This document shows, in pieces, positions 19,857 to 29,351 of a stretch of 40,512 bases of DNA. A program made the translations under genes and the position numbers. Position 1 is the stretch's first letter. Each line of letters starts with the position of its first letter. Source of the stretch: a bacterium UBP13_UBA5359 (GTDB lineage: Bacteria > UBP13 > UBA5359); contig DHPR01000036.1 in assembly GCA_002410925.1 (NCBI GenBank), positions 1 to 40,512 on the forward strand, written 5' to 3'. The notes under the pieces were generated by a model that searched no databases, was not told the DNA's origin, and saw only the letters and a program-made list of their open reading frames with translations.

Positions 19857-20786
19857 TTATCCGGCCATTACTATTCCCAGCACACCGCACATCAGCGCCG
19901 CTACCCAAAAAAGATATACCACACAAGCCTCGGGCAAGCCTGATAATTCAAAATGATGATGTAACGGGCTCATTCTAAACAAACGACGTCCTCCCGTCAA
20001 TCTAAAAAAGGACACCTGAAATATGACGGAAAGCGCCTCTATCACAAAAACCATTCCTACCACTATCAGCAACCAGGGAGATCCGGTCATAAGGCCGAGC
20101 ATACCCAGAGCGGCACCCAGCCCCAGAGAACCCGTATCGCCCATAAATATGGCTGCCGGGTGACGATTGAAAGCTAAAAATCCCAGACAGCCTCCTGCCA
20201 GGGCCAGAGCCTGTGCTGACTGAGCATGGGCTCCAATAATATAGCCGATGACCGCATAAGCGCCAAAAGATATGACCAATGTTCCGGCCGCCAAACCGTC
20301 CAGACCATCGGTAAGATTAACAGCATTGGCCGTAGATACCAGGGCAAGGATCCAGAGGACGGACAAGAAGATCGGCCAAAGCGTGCCGTCAAAAGCATGC
20401 TCCCGAGCAATCAATACAGCCAGTATAGCCAGAAGAAACTGATAGAATAGTTTATGCCTGGCCTTCAATCCCAGTGCACGATGCTTAAGCACTATAATGG
20501 CATCATCCCAAAAGCCGAGCAAGGAATAACCCCATAGGACAAAGAGCACCGGCCAGCTCTGCCTAACCGGACTGCTCAGCAGAATACCGATGGTGGCAGC
20601 AATAACTATCAGCAAACCGCCCATTGTCGGAGTGCCTTGCTTGCTCAGGTGCGTAACGGGGCCGTCTTTTCTGACTATCTGCCCGGCACTAACATTCTTA
20701 AGCAGACTTATTACCGGTCTGCCCAGCAGCAGAACCAACAATAAAGGAACAGCAAAGGCTATTGCAGCCCCCCATGCCGCATTCAT
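19857..20786 (-). CDS. mraY: Phospho-N-acetylmuramoyl-pentapeptide transferase
   Basis: KQGTPTMGG, NAVNLTDGLDGLA, FMGDTGS, PLHHHFE. Confidence 0.97.
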   Translation of the reverse strand: MNAAWGAAIAFAVPLLLVLLLGRPVISLLKNVSAGQIVRKDGPVTHLSKQGTPTMGGLLIVIAATIGILLSSPVRQSWPVLFVLWGYSLLGFWDDAIIVLKHRALGLKARHKLFYQFLLAILAVLIAREHAFDGTLWPIFLSVLWILALVSTANAVNLTDGLDGLAAGTLVISFGAYAVIGYIIGAHAQSAQALALAGGCLGFLAFNRHPAAIFMGDTGSLGLGAALGMLGLMTGSPWLLIVVGMVFVIEALSVIFQVSFFRLTGGRRLFRMSPLHHHFELSGLPEACVVYLFWVAALMCGVLGIVMAG

Positions 20787-20880
20787 ATTAATTTTGTATC
20801 CCTTATTTCAGTTGACGCCATCTTCATCTTCCACATACCAAGCACTTTCATCTCTATAAACTATCTGCTTGAATGCCAAA

Positions 20881-22272
20881 TTATGGGCTTGGGTTATTTC
20901 GCACTCCGGGTTTGAGAAGAATACCCACAATCTCCTCCATAGCCATGCCTCTTGAACCCTTTACCAATACTACATCATCAGATGCTACCGTAGCCAGCAG
21001 AGCTGCAGCCAGCTCTGCTTTAGCGGAGAAATGATATATCTCTCTTTCATTCATGCCTGCAGCCGCAGCACCAAGCCCTATCTCGGCAGCTTCAGAGCCA
21101 TAAGTAAAAAGGATATCCGTTCCTCTTTCCACTACATAAGCACCGATCTCTCTGTGTAATCTGTTTGAAGCCGAGCCTAATTCAAGCATATCAGCCAAAA
21201 CAGCAATCCGACGCTTTGCCTTTATACCGGATAAGACATCGATAGCCGCTTTGGTTGAAGCAGGGCCGGCATTATAGACATCGCTTATTATCCTGAAACC
21301 CTCATTGCTTTGCAGCATCTCCAGCCGCATGGAAGAGCCCTTAAGGCCGGCAAGTCCTGCCGTGCATTCATCAAGGCTCACCCCTAAAGACACGGCCGCA
21401 GCCACAGCTGCCAGTGAATTGAGCACATTATGCCTTCCTGGAAGAGGAATAAAGACTCTCACACAATCTTCATCAGAGCATATATCGAAAGAGATGCCGC
21501 TCTCTTCTTCGGATATATTCTCCCCCCTGATATCGGCGGCAGCATCCAAACCGAAGGTGATACAACGAGATGAAGATGCTTTTTTGAGCAGATTCAGATA
21601 TGGATCGTCGGCCGGCAAAACAGCCGTTCCATCTGCCGGCAATGCCTGAACCAGTTCCGCTTTGGCGCGAGCTATATTTTCGACAGAGCCCAGATGCTCG
21701 AGATGGGTTTCACCTATACACGTAACCAAACCTACCTCCGGGCAAGCCAGACAGGCTAAAGCAGCTATCTCACCACTTCCCCTCATGCCCATCTCTATTA
21801 CCGCCACTTCTATTCCTTTGCTCAGAGCCAGAAGAGTAAGAGGCACACCGATCTCATTATTATAGTTCTTTTCACTTCTTAAAACATTATAACGCTCTGA
21901 CAGGATGGAGGCGCAAATCTCTCTGGTGCCGGTCTTACCGACGCTGCCGGTAATTCCTACCACTCTCCCGGACCATGACAAGCGATGGCTGAGCGCAGCT
22001 GCCTGCAGAGCCTTCAATGTATCATCTACCCTAATCACAGCAGCCGCACCGACATTAAAACCGACATCTTTTGATACCATGACGGCCGCAGCTCCAGCCT
22101 TAACGGCAGCCTGCACATAGTTATGACCATCACTTCTTATGCCGGGCAGAGCTACAAACAGCTCTCCGCCCTTTGCATTGCGTGAATCCGCCACGGCGCC
22201 GTGAAATTCCATATTCGGGCTCCCGGCCGCCAATATTCCTCCGGTAGCTATCAGCAATTGCTCAACTCGCAC
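20881..22272 (-). CDS. murF: UDP-MurNAc-tripeptide-D-Ala-D-Ala ligase
   Basis: ITGSVGKT, NNEIGVPLT, EMGM, DMLELG, VKGSRGM. Confidence 0.96.
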   Translation of the reverse strand: MRVEQLLIATGGILAAGSPNMEFHGAVADSRNAKGGELFVALPGIRSDGHNYVQAAVKAGAAAVMVSKDVGFNVGAAAVIRVDDTLKALQAAALSHRLSWSGRVVGITGSVGKTGTREICASILSERYNVLRSEKNYNNEIGVPLTLLALSKGIEVAVIEMGMRGSGEIAALACLACPEVGLVTCIGETHLEHLGSVENIARAKAELVQALPADGTAVLPADDPYLNLLKKASSSRCITFGLDAAADIRGENISEEESGISFDICSDEDCVRVFIPLPGRHNVLNSLAAVAAAVSLGVSLDECTAGLAGLKGSSMRLEMLQSNEGFRIISDVYNAGPASTKAAIDVLSGIKAKRRIAVLADMLELGSASNRLHREIGAYVVERGTDILFTYGSEAAEIGLGAAAAGMNEREIYHFSAKAELAAALLATVASDDVVLVKGSRGMAMEEIVGILLKPGVRNNPSP

Positions 22273-23756
22273 TATAACTCTCCATAAATGCCGTGCAGAA
22301 TATCTACAGCAGTCTTCCTGTCGTCAAAGTAATGACGCTTTGCGCCGATAATCTGATACTCTTCATGCCCTTTACCGGCAATAAGCACCATATCTCCGGC
22401 TTCAGCCGTCTGCAGTGCCAGGCGTATAGCTTCAGCTCTATCGGGCTCGATCAGATATTGCGCCTTGCCCCCAATCATGCCCGGCAGAATCTCTCTGATA
22501 ATTGCCTCAGGATCTTCACTACGCGGGTTATCTGAGGTTACCACCGCCAGATCAGCCAGCCCGGCAGCCACTTTCCCCATAATAGGACGCTTGCCTCTAT
22601 CTCGATCGCCTCCACAGCCGAATACCACGATTAATCGCCCGCCGTCCCCGGTCGAAAGAGATGACAGCACCTTCTTCAGGCCATCCGGAGTATGCGCATA
22701 ATCTACCAGAACGGTAAACGGCTGCCCGGCATTTACCGGTTCCAAGCGTCCTGGAGCCGATCTGGCTTCGGACAAAGCCTTGACTATTATATCAGCCTCA
22801 ATGCCTAGAGCAAAGGCCGAGGCGGCGGCGGCCAAGGCATTGTAAACATTGAAACCGCCTATAAGAGGCAAGGTCACCTCTCGCTGCCAATCAGGAGTTG
22901 TCAAAGTGAAGATGCTGGACCTTTCCCTTAGCTGTAGAGCAGAGGCTCTTATATCAGCCGGCCTCTCTATAGCATATCCAAGCATCTCGGCTTTGGATTG
23001 CAAAGCTATCTCTCGGCCATAATGGTCATCAAGATTGATTATTGCTCTGATCGCTCCCTTAGCAGCGGCGCTCTGCACAGCATAATCAGTGAACAGCAGC
23101 GCCTTGGCAGCAGCATATTTTTCCATATTACCATGATAATCCAGATGATCCTGAGTGCAATTGGTGAAGGCAACTACATCGAACCAGCATTCCCGCACTC
23201 TGCCCTGATCCAAAGCATGCGATGAAACCTCCAGGCAAACATCCTGCAAGCCTGCTGTCAGCGCCTTGTGCAGCCAGCGCTGCAGATCCAGAGATTCGGG
23301 AGTGGTATGCGAACCGGGAACTCTCTCCGCTCCGATGCGGTTGCCGGCTGTTCCCAAAAGACCGCTTCTGCGCCCCGATACCGATAATATCTGATCGATC
23401 AGATGAACGGTAGTAGTCTTGCCGTTGGTTCCGGTAACTCCTATCAGACGCAGCTTAGCGGCAGGATTATCAAAAAAAGCAGCTGCCGCTTCAGCCAATA
23501 CTTTACGGCTATCTGCTGTTATCAGTGCCGGCACTCCATTTGGCAGGCATGAACTCTCTTCCAGACAGATGGCTGCCGCTCCCGCTTTCAGCGCTGCTTC
23601 GATGAAATGATGTCCATCATTCTTCTTCCCCCGCAAACAAAAGAAAAGAGCTCCGGGTATCACGGAGCGGGAATCATAGACTATTTCCGTAATCTCAGGA
23701 TCAGAAGCGCCATGAAGTTTTAATTTACAGGCCCGAGCTATATCCGATAATTTCAT
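22272..23756 (-). CDS. murE: UDP-MurNAc-dipeptide-meso-diaminopimelate ligase
   Basis: GTNGKTT, EVSSHAL, DHLDYH, VDYAHTPD, DNPR (meso-DAP-type), AGKGHE. Confidence 0.96.
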   Translation of the reverse strand: MKLSDIARACKLKLHGASDPEITEIVYDSRSVIPGALFFCLRGKKNDGHHFIEAALKAGAAAICLEESSCLPNGVPALITADSRKVLAEAAAAFFDNPAAKLRLIGVTGTNGKTTTVHLIDQILSVSGRRSGLLGTAGNRIGAERVPGSHTTPESLDLQRWLHKALTAGLQDVCLEVSSHALDQGRVRECWFDVVAFTNCTQDHLDYHGNMEKYAAAKALLFTDYAVQSAAAKGAIRAIINLDDHYGREIALQSKAEMLGYAIERPADIRASALQLRERSSIFTLTTPDWQREVTLPLIGGFNVYNALAAAASAFALGIEADIIVKALSEARSAPGRLEPVNAGQPFTVLVDYAHTPDGLKKVLSSLSTGDGGRLIVVFGCGGDRDRGKRPIMGKVAAGLADLAVVTSDNPRSEDPEAIIREILPGMIGGKAQYLIEPDRAEAIRLALQTAEAGDMVLIAGKGHEEYQIIGAKRHYFDDRKTAVDILHGIYGEL

Positions 23757-25478
23757 TTATGCATCCTCCCTGATCACGGCATCTCCCTTATCAGGAGGAA
23801 CCCCCAGCTTGATAAGGCTGCTGCGCACTATCTCTTTAAACGCAGGAGCTGCTATTACACCGCCGTAATAAGCTCCCTTCGGCTCATCGATACTTACTAA
23901 AACCACCAACCGCGGATGATCGACCGGCGCCAGGCCCACAAAAGAGGCTATATAGCGTCCGCCGCCATAACCATAAGCTCCTACCTTCTGCGCTGTTCCC
24001 GTTTTACCTCCGGTACTATAGCCCTCAATAGCGGCAGCCTTGCCGGTACCCTCCAGCACCACCCGCTGCATCATCCGGCGCATAGCCGCCGCTGTTTCCG
24101 GAGAGATCACTCGCCCGAGGTCTTCCACCTTATATTCCTTGCTGATCACACCGTCTCGAGTTCGAATATTCCGAACTATGCGAGGGCGATACAGCTTTCC
24201 ACCATTAGCCAGAACGCAGACAGCTCTGGTCATCTGTATCGGAGTTACGCCTATTCCCTGCCCAAAAGCTATATTAGCCGTTTTGATACGCTGCCAGGAA
24301 GCAGAAGATTGCAGAAGCCCTCTCTCTTCCCCCGGCAAGGATATGCCGGTAACCTGACCAAAGCCGAACTCTCTTATATAGCGATATAGAGAATGACTGC
24401 CGAGCTTGAGGCCCAGAGTGGCCGCTCCCACGTTACAGGAATTAACGATAACATCACTTACGCTCTCGCTTCCGTGACCGCTGCTATTGCCATGTCGGAC
24501 ACAATGAACGGTTCGACGATCTATTCCTAAAGTCCCGCTACAATTTATTACTGTATCACCAGGCGAATACACCTTTTCTTCAAGGGCTGCAGCTGCAGTT
24601 ATCAACTTAAAGATCGAACCGGGTTCATAAACCTGTTGCACAGCCCTATTGGACCAGGCCATACAATCATAACTCCCATAGTTATTGGGATTGTAAGTAG
24701 GGCAGCTGGCCATAGCCAGCACATCCCCGCTCCAGGGGTCCATGGCAATGGCACAACCACCGGCTGCCCGGGCATTTTTCACAGCTTTTTTTAATTCACG
24801 CTCTGCAATATGCTGCAACTCGGAATCGATGGTTAGGTAAATATCCTGACCATCTGCGGGAGGAACTATCTTTCTAACGCCGTAAGGAATATTACGCCCG
24901 ATGGCATCCTCCTCCACCTTCATATATCCGGGAACACCCCGTAAATATTTATCAAAATGAACTTCCAGACCATAAAGACCCTGCATATCCAGACCGGCAA
25001 AACCGATAATATTGGATGCCAGCTCCTGCCCCGGATAAGCCCTCTTATACTCCTTTATCAAATTGACGGTTCCCAGGTTCAGAGCCTTAACAGCTGCAGC
25101 TCTATCAAAGGAAGCCTTGCGTTGTATCCAGACAAAACCGCGCTTAGGATCAAGCAATTGTAAAATCTCATCGGGGCTTTTATCTAAAACCGCCGCCAGC
25201 TTGGAGGCCACCTGACTGCGATCGCTCATCTGATTGGGAGAAGCATAAACGGAATCCATAGCTATATTGACCGCTAAAGACTTTCCCTTACGATCATATA
25301 TACCGCCCCGGCTGGCTGGCAAATCAACTTTGCGCATACGCTGCTGCATAGCAAGGTTTTTATATTTATCTCGCTGTATTATCTGTATATAGACCAGCCT
25401 TACCAGGAGAGAGGCCAGCAGGATAACCATCGCTCCGGATATGACTCTTATTCTGCTCCTGGTCAAAGATCTGGACAT
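23757..25478 (-). CDS. ftsI: Class B penicillin-binding protein (FtsI/SpoVD-like), no PASTA domains
   Basis: N-terminal TM, RGGIYDR, SxxK (GSIFK), SxN (SCN), KTG motifs. Confidence 0.88.
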   Translation of the reverse strand: MSRSLTRSRIRVISGAMVILLASLLVRLVYIQIIQRDKYKNLAMQQRMRKVDLPASRGGIYDRKGKSLAVNIAMDSVYASPNQMSDRSQVASKLAAVLDKSPDEILQLLDPKRGFVWIQRKASFDRAAAVKALNLGTVNLIKEYKRAYPGQELASNIIGFAGLDMQGLYGLEVHFDKYLRGVPGYMKVEEDAIGRNIPYGVRKIVPPADGQDIYLTIDSELQHIAERELKKAVKNARAAGGCAIAMDPWSGDVLAMASCPTYNPNNYGSYDCMAWSNRAVQQVYEPGSIFKLITAAAALEEKVYSPGDTVINCSGTLGIDRRTVHCVRHGNSSGHGSESVSDVIVNSCNVGAATLGLKLGSHSLYRYIREFGFGQVTGISLPGEERGLLQSSASWQRIKTANIAFGQGIGVTPIQMTRAVCVLANGGKLYRPRIVRNIRTRDGVISKEYKVEDLGRVISPETAAAMRRMMQRVVLEGTGKAAAIEGYSTGGKTGTAQKVGAYGYGGGRYIASFVGLAPVDHPRLVVLVSIDEPKGAYYGGVIAAPAFKEIVRSSLIKLGVPPDKGDAVIREDA

Positions 25479-25553
25479 GCTTTACCCATTCCTCCGTCAG
25501 AATCAGCCGTTAAATAAATTTGCAAAGATCATTTAGCGGCAAGCCTTGGCCTT

Positions 25554-26054
25554 TTATGGCTGGCTGGCCTCCACTTCCGTCAGCCTGGCTCGTAAACCCT
25601 CCAGGCTTTTCAGGCCATCGACCAGGCCGTTCCAGACCCCTGCCAGGCGCCCGGCTGATGCCAGTTTGGTTTCCGCTACCGGCTCTTTAATAGTAATAAA
25701 CTCTACTCTTTCAGGATAGATCATATTTAATCTGCTTTGAGCCATGTTCTCTATACGCTCGGGAGCACTCAATTCATCCAGCTTCAACTGTAATCGCTCC
25801 CTCTCCAGCGACAGATCTATCAATCGTTCTTCGAGCTTCTGAACTTGATATCCCTTCTGAGTAATACAAGCATTCTGATAAAGGTAAATGAACGCCGGCA
25901 ATGATAACAGCAGCAATATCGTCATATATGTAAACGCCGCCCTGGTATCAAGAGGTGCTCCCTCTCTGCGCTTTTCTACCGCTTTATTCCTGTTTTTCCT
26001 GTTTTTCGCCTGGCCGTATGAATTTTTACGATCCATAGTAGATGATAAAGCCAT
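25554..26054 (-). CDS. ftsL: Cell division protein FtsL
   Basis: Basic N-tail, single TM, leucine-zipper coiled coil, LSAPERIE motif; between rsmH and ftsI. Confidence 0.85.
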   Translation of the reverse strand: MALSSTMDRKNSYGQAKNRKNRNKAVEKRREGAPLDTRAAFTYMTILLLLSLPAFIYLYQNACITQKGYQVQKLEERLIDLSLERERLQLKLDELSAPERIENMAQSRLNMIYPERVEFITIKEPVAETKLASAGRLAGVWNGLVDGLKSLEGLRARLTEVEASQP

Positions 26055-26161
26055 GTTAATCTCCCCCCATAACTAGCTTTTTTGGCTGAAGCCTGTTAGC
26101 GGTTACGCTCAGGCTTATTACTCCAATCTTTACTTTCACGCTTACAATCGCCAAAAGACGC

Positions 26162-27091
26162 TTATAAACGTTCGATGGCTCTGAGTTTGGCACTCCTCGA
26201 TCTTGGATTTGCCGATATCTCTTCAGCCGACGGCAATATCGGCTTTTTATTAACAAGCCTTGCCAGCGGCTTATGGCCGCATACGCATATCGGTATACGA
26301 GGGCTACAGATACATCCAACCGTCCATTCCCGATAACGATGCTTGACTATTCTATCTTCAAGCGAATGGAAAGAAATGGCCACCATTCGCCCTCCCGTCC
26401 TGAGTAAGTGAATGCCGCTGTCAAGAGCCTCCGTCAGGCTCTCCAGCTCGACATTCACAGCTATACGCAGAGCCTGGAAGCTTTTGGTGGCCGGATGAAT
26501 ACGGCCCCTGCGCCTGGACGGAGAAACTGCCCGACTTATCACTTCCGCTAGATCAGCAGCACTCCTTATAATGCCCTCCTGCCTGGATTTGATAATGGCT
26601 CCGGCAATACGAGGGGCTTGATGTTCTTCGCCGTAAAGCCTAAGTATTCTGACCAGATCATCCTTCGAAGCCGTAGCCACTATCTCCGCGGCAGTCAATT
26701 GCCCGCGCCTGTCCATACGCATATCCAGCGGCGCCGGACTCTTGAAAGAGAAAGCTCTCTCTTCGCTCTCCAATTGAAAGCTCGAGAGTCCCAGATCCAT
26801 AAGTATTCCATCGACTTTTTCAATCTGCAATTGCCGAAGCACTCCGGCCATATGTCTGAAATTCTCTCTAATGATGGTTACCCGGTCACCAAACCTTTTC
26901 AGGCGACGCCCGGATTCCTCTATCGCCATATCATCCTGGTCCAGACCTATCAGACGCCCCTTTGGCGACGATGCTTCAAGTATAGCCTCCGCATGGCCTC
27001 CTCCGCCAAGAGTAGCGTCAAGGTATATGCCCTCTGAGACCGGAGCCATATGCTCTACAGCCTCCTTGAGCATGACGGTGATATGCTTCAT
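26162..27091 (-). CDS. rsmH: 16S rRNA m4C1402 methyltransferase
   Basis: DATLGGGGH, PLDMRMD, FQALRIAVN, SFHSLEDR, NPRSRSAKLR. Confidence 0.98.
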   Translation of the reverse strand: MKHITVMLKEAVEHMAPVSEGIYLDATLGGGGHAEAILEASSPKGRLIGLDQDDMAIEESGRRLKRFGDRVTIIRENFRHMAGVLRQLQIEKVDGILMDLGLSSFQLESEERAFSFKSPAPLDMRMDRRGQLTAAEIVATASKDDLVRILRLYGEEHQAPRIAGAIIKSRQEGIIRSAADLAEVISRAVSPSRRRGRIHPATKSFQALRIAVNVELESLTEALDSGIHLLRTGGRMVAISFHSLEDRIVKHRYREWTVGCICSPRIPICVCGHKPLARLVNKKPILPSAEEISANPRSRSAKLRAIERL

Positions 27092-27223
27092 CGTACGTTT
27101 CCGCCTTAGACGGCAAAGACACGGGCTGCAGAGAGGCAGTTATCTGCTTTCTCATGGTCCTGTGTCTCTGCGTACATTACTTTGGATCAGCTGTAATAAT
27201 TGCCGCCAATTTAAGAGTTTATG

Positions 27224-27391
27224 CTATCTAGCGGCAGCCTTTTTATAACGCTCTGGAAATTCCGTCTCTTCCAGGCCGCGATTGATATCAAGAAGATACC
27301 AGAACAGCCCGTTGAATCTGTCATTTTTTCCGTTGTTCACCATACAACAACGTGATTCTGGCATGCGCTTACCCTTTATTACACTTAACAT
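27224..27391 (-). CDS. Small hypothetical protein (55 aa) between mraZ and rsmH
   Basis: GGGGGAGG RBS before ATG at 27391; co-oriented with the operon; an alternative start near 27424 also has a GGGGGAG RBS. Confidence 0.5.
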   Translation of the reverse strand: MLSVIKGKRMPESRCCMVNNGKNDRFNGLFWYLLDINRGLEETEFPERYKKAAAR

Positions 27392-27453
27392 ATCCGGCCT
27401 CCCCCAGTTTTGCAGCATCATCAAGCCATCTCCCCCAAGATATGCCCTGATAA

Positions 27454-27879
27454 TCAGAAATCCAGACCTTCCAATTGCTCAGCTATGTAATCATCGCTGA
27501 TCTCGCTTTGATATCCAGACCAGCGCTCCTCACTCCATACTTCCAGGCGTTCTCCAACACCTACTATAGCTACATCTCTATCTATAGCGGCATGTTCACG
27601 CAGGTTCTGCGGAATAGCTATCCTGCCCTGCTTATCTACATTGCAATCCACAGCACGTGAGAAGATGACTCTTTTAAAGAGACGGGCCTTGGGATCCGTC
27701 AGCTTAAGCCCTCTCGCTTTCTCAACAATTATTTGCCATTCATCCTGGGGATAAATAGAAAGGCAGCCATCAAGCCCCCTGGTGAGAACAAAAGTCTCTC
27801 CTAAAAAGGAGCGAAGCTTGGAGGGTATAAAAACCCTTCCTTTATCATCAAGGCTATGATGATATTCACCCTTAAGCAA
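27454..27879 (-). CDS. mraZ: Division/cell wall cluster transcriptional repressor MraZ
   Basis: Twin DxKGR/DKQGR motifs, TRGLDGCL, LEVW. Confidence 0.97.
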   Translation of the reverse strand: MLKGEYHHSLDDKGRVFIPSKLRSFLGETFVLTRGLDGCLSIYPQDEWQIIVEKARGLKLTDPKARLFKRVIFSRAVDCNVDKQGRIAIPQNLREHAAIDRDVAIVGVGERLEVWSEERWSGYQSEISDDYIAEQLEGLDF

Positions 27880-27893
27880 TTTATTCTACCTTC

Positions 27894-27919
27894 CCCCACT
27901 TTACCCCACTATACTCCAA
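27894..27919 (-). promoter_or_regulatory. MraZ-binding repeats
   Basis: TTGGAG-tata-GTGGGG-taaa-GTGGGG, three hexamers at 10-bp pitch upstream of mraZ. Confidence 0.85.
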
Positions 27920-27922
27920 TTT

Positions 27923-27949
27923 ATTCGACATTTGCGCAAGAATTCCTGC
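27923..27949 (-). promoter_or_regulatory. SigmaH-like promoter of the dcw cluster
   Basis: GCAGGAATT-11 nt-GTCGAAT fits the Bacillus sigmaH consensus RNAGGAWWW-N11/12-RNNGAAT. Confidence 0.6.
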
Positions 27950-28190
27950 AAAGAAACCTTTTTAATTTAAAATCTGAAAAAACAGATACCTGATCAAGCA
28001 GGGAATGTGATATGGGATAAGGCTATGGGTGGCTTCCCCGGGGTTGGCGCCCTATATGCTAACAGTCATATCATCTGAGCAGTTTCAGGCCGCCGTTGGA
28101 TGGCATAAACAGTTGGCGGCTCTGAGAGAATGTTTTGTCAAGTGTAAAGAGTTGACCCCTATATCCGAGCGCAAACTCAGATTTTTTATT

Positions 28191-28697
28191 TTACCAGCCC
28201 TTTCGCTTTGATTCCACGCGGCCGGTATCAAGCACCAGAGCTATCCTGGCAACCTTACGCCTAACAGAAATTACTATCGAACCAGCCACGGATGGAGATC
28301 CACGGGAGTTAAAGTATACACGATCTCCGGAAAAGCTAGTCATGGAAGTTGAATTATATGGAGAGAGCTTTACGCCTGCTGGAAGAGCTATCTCTTTTAA
28401 GTCTGCGACAGCCATACCGCTCTTTTTTATCCGCCAGAATCTATCCGAATATGAAGAATCAAAAGATATCCCGTAGCAGATACCGCTACCGTCCAGCGAG
28501 CATTCTCTTGCCATGCGCAACTCGTCTATCAGCAAACGCTCAGCTGATTTTAGCGATACTTCTGCAGCGATTGAACTTATTTTGAAGCTTACAATACTTA
28601 AAATAGCAATTACTCCTATAGTAATAACTACTTCCAAAAGAGTGAAGCCGCCCTGCGGTAAATCATGTAGCATTCGGCTTATCTTGCTTCCTCTCAC
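28191..28697 (-). CDS. GspH/FimT-like pseudopilin
   Basis: GG/FTLLEVVITIGVIAILS prepilin motif, FNSRG, C-terminal TGRV; GTGA overlap with tsaC and GGAGG RBS. Confidence 0.8.
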   Translation of the reverse strand: MRGSKISRMLHDLPQGGFTLLEVVITIGVIAILSIVSFKISSIAAEVSLKSAERLLIDELRMARECSLDGSGICYGISFDSSYSDRFWRIKKSGMAVADLKEIALPAGVKLSPYNSTSMTSFSGDRVYFNSRGSPSVAGSIVISVRRKVARIALVLDTGRVESKRKGW

Positions 28698-29347
28698 TTA
28701 TGGGCCTCCAAATTAGGGATATAACCGAGCAAGTCCTCTTCCACAATAGCCCCGCAACGCAAAAGACGAGGCGGTCGGCTCGTCATATCCAGCAAGGTCG
28801 TTTCTATACCGGACCCACAGCGCCCGCCGTCAAGCACCATCTCTATTCTGCCATCAAAGAAGGATAATACGCCGGCGGCATCATGCGAGCTGGGTTCACC
28901 GGCAAAATTGGCGCTGGGTATCACCACCGGCATACCCAATGCAGCCACAAGCCGGCGCACCGATGCCAAACCGGGCACACGCATAGCTACCGTTTCGCCA
29001 CCTGCAGCTACCATATTCGGCACCATACCGGATCTCTTAAGAACAAGTGTGAGCGGTCCCGGCCAGAAGACATCAGCCAGATTTACAGCGGTTTCAGGAA
29101 TATCTATAGCCAGGCGATACATCCAGGATGCGCTGTCCAGGCCCATTATCAATGGGCGTTGTCTGGGGCGCCCTTTAACCTGGTAAAGCCTATCCAATGC
29201 CCGTAAATTAAAGGCAGCTGCGCCCAAAGCATAAACAGTCTCCGTAGGGAAAGCAACCAGACCGCCCTGCCTCAGCACTTCTGCAGCCCTTGCTATAGCA
29301 TATTCTTCAGGCCGGTCAGGATTGACCACGATAATCTCAGTAATCAA
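28694..29347 (-). CDS. tsaC: L-threonylcarbamoyladenylate synthase (YrdC domain only)
   Basis: VAFPTETVY, KGRP, FWPGPLT, PSAN; 217 aa, no SUA5 domain. Confidence 0.88.
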   Translation of the reverse strand: MITEIIVVNPDRPEEYAIARAAEVLRQGGLVAFPTETVYALGAAAFNLRALDRLYQVKGRPRQRPLIMGLDSASWMYRLAIDIPETAVNLADVFWPGPLTLVLKRSGMVPNMVAAGGETVAMRVPGLASVRRLVAALGMPVVIPSANFAGEPSSHDAAGVLSFFDGRIEMVLDGGRCGSGIETTLLDMTSRPPRLLRCGAIVEEDLLGYIPNLEAHK

Positions 29348-29351
29348 GAGC

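Noticed and set aside
17247-25478. Sporulation genes spoVE/spoVD
   Set aside because: A single SEDS and a single class B PBP in canonical dcw positions; no other sporulation evidence in the window.
26056-26319. 87-aa minus-strand ORF overlapping the rsmH end
   Set aside because: Alternate frame of rsmH running through a hairpin-containing spacer; no SD or motif.
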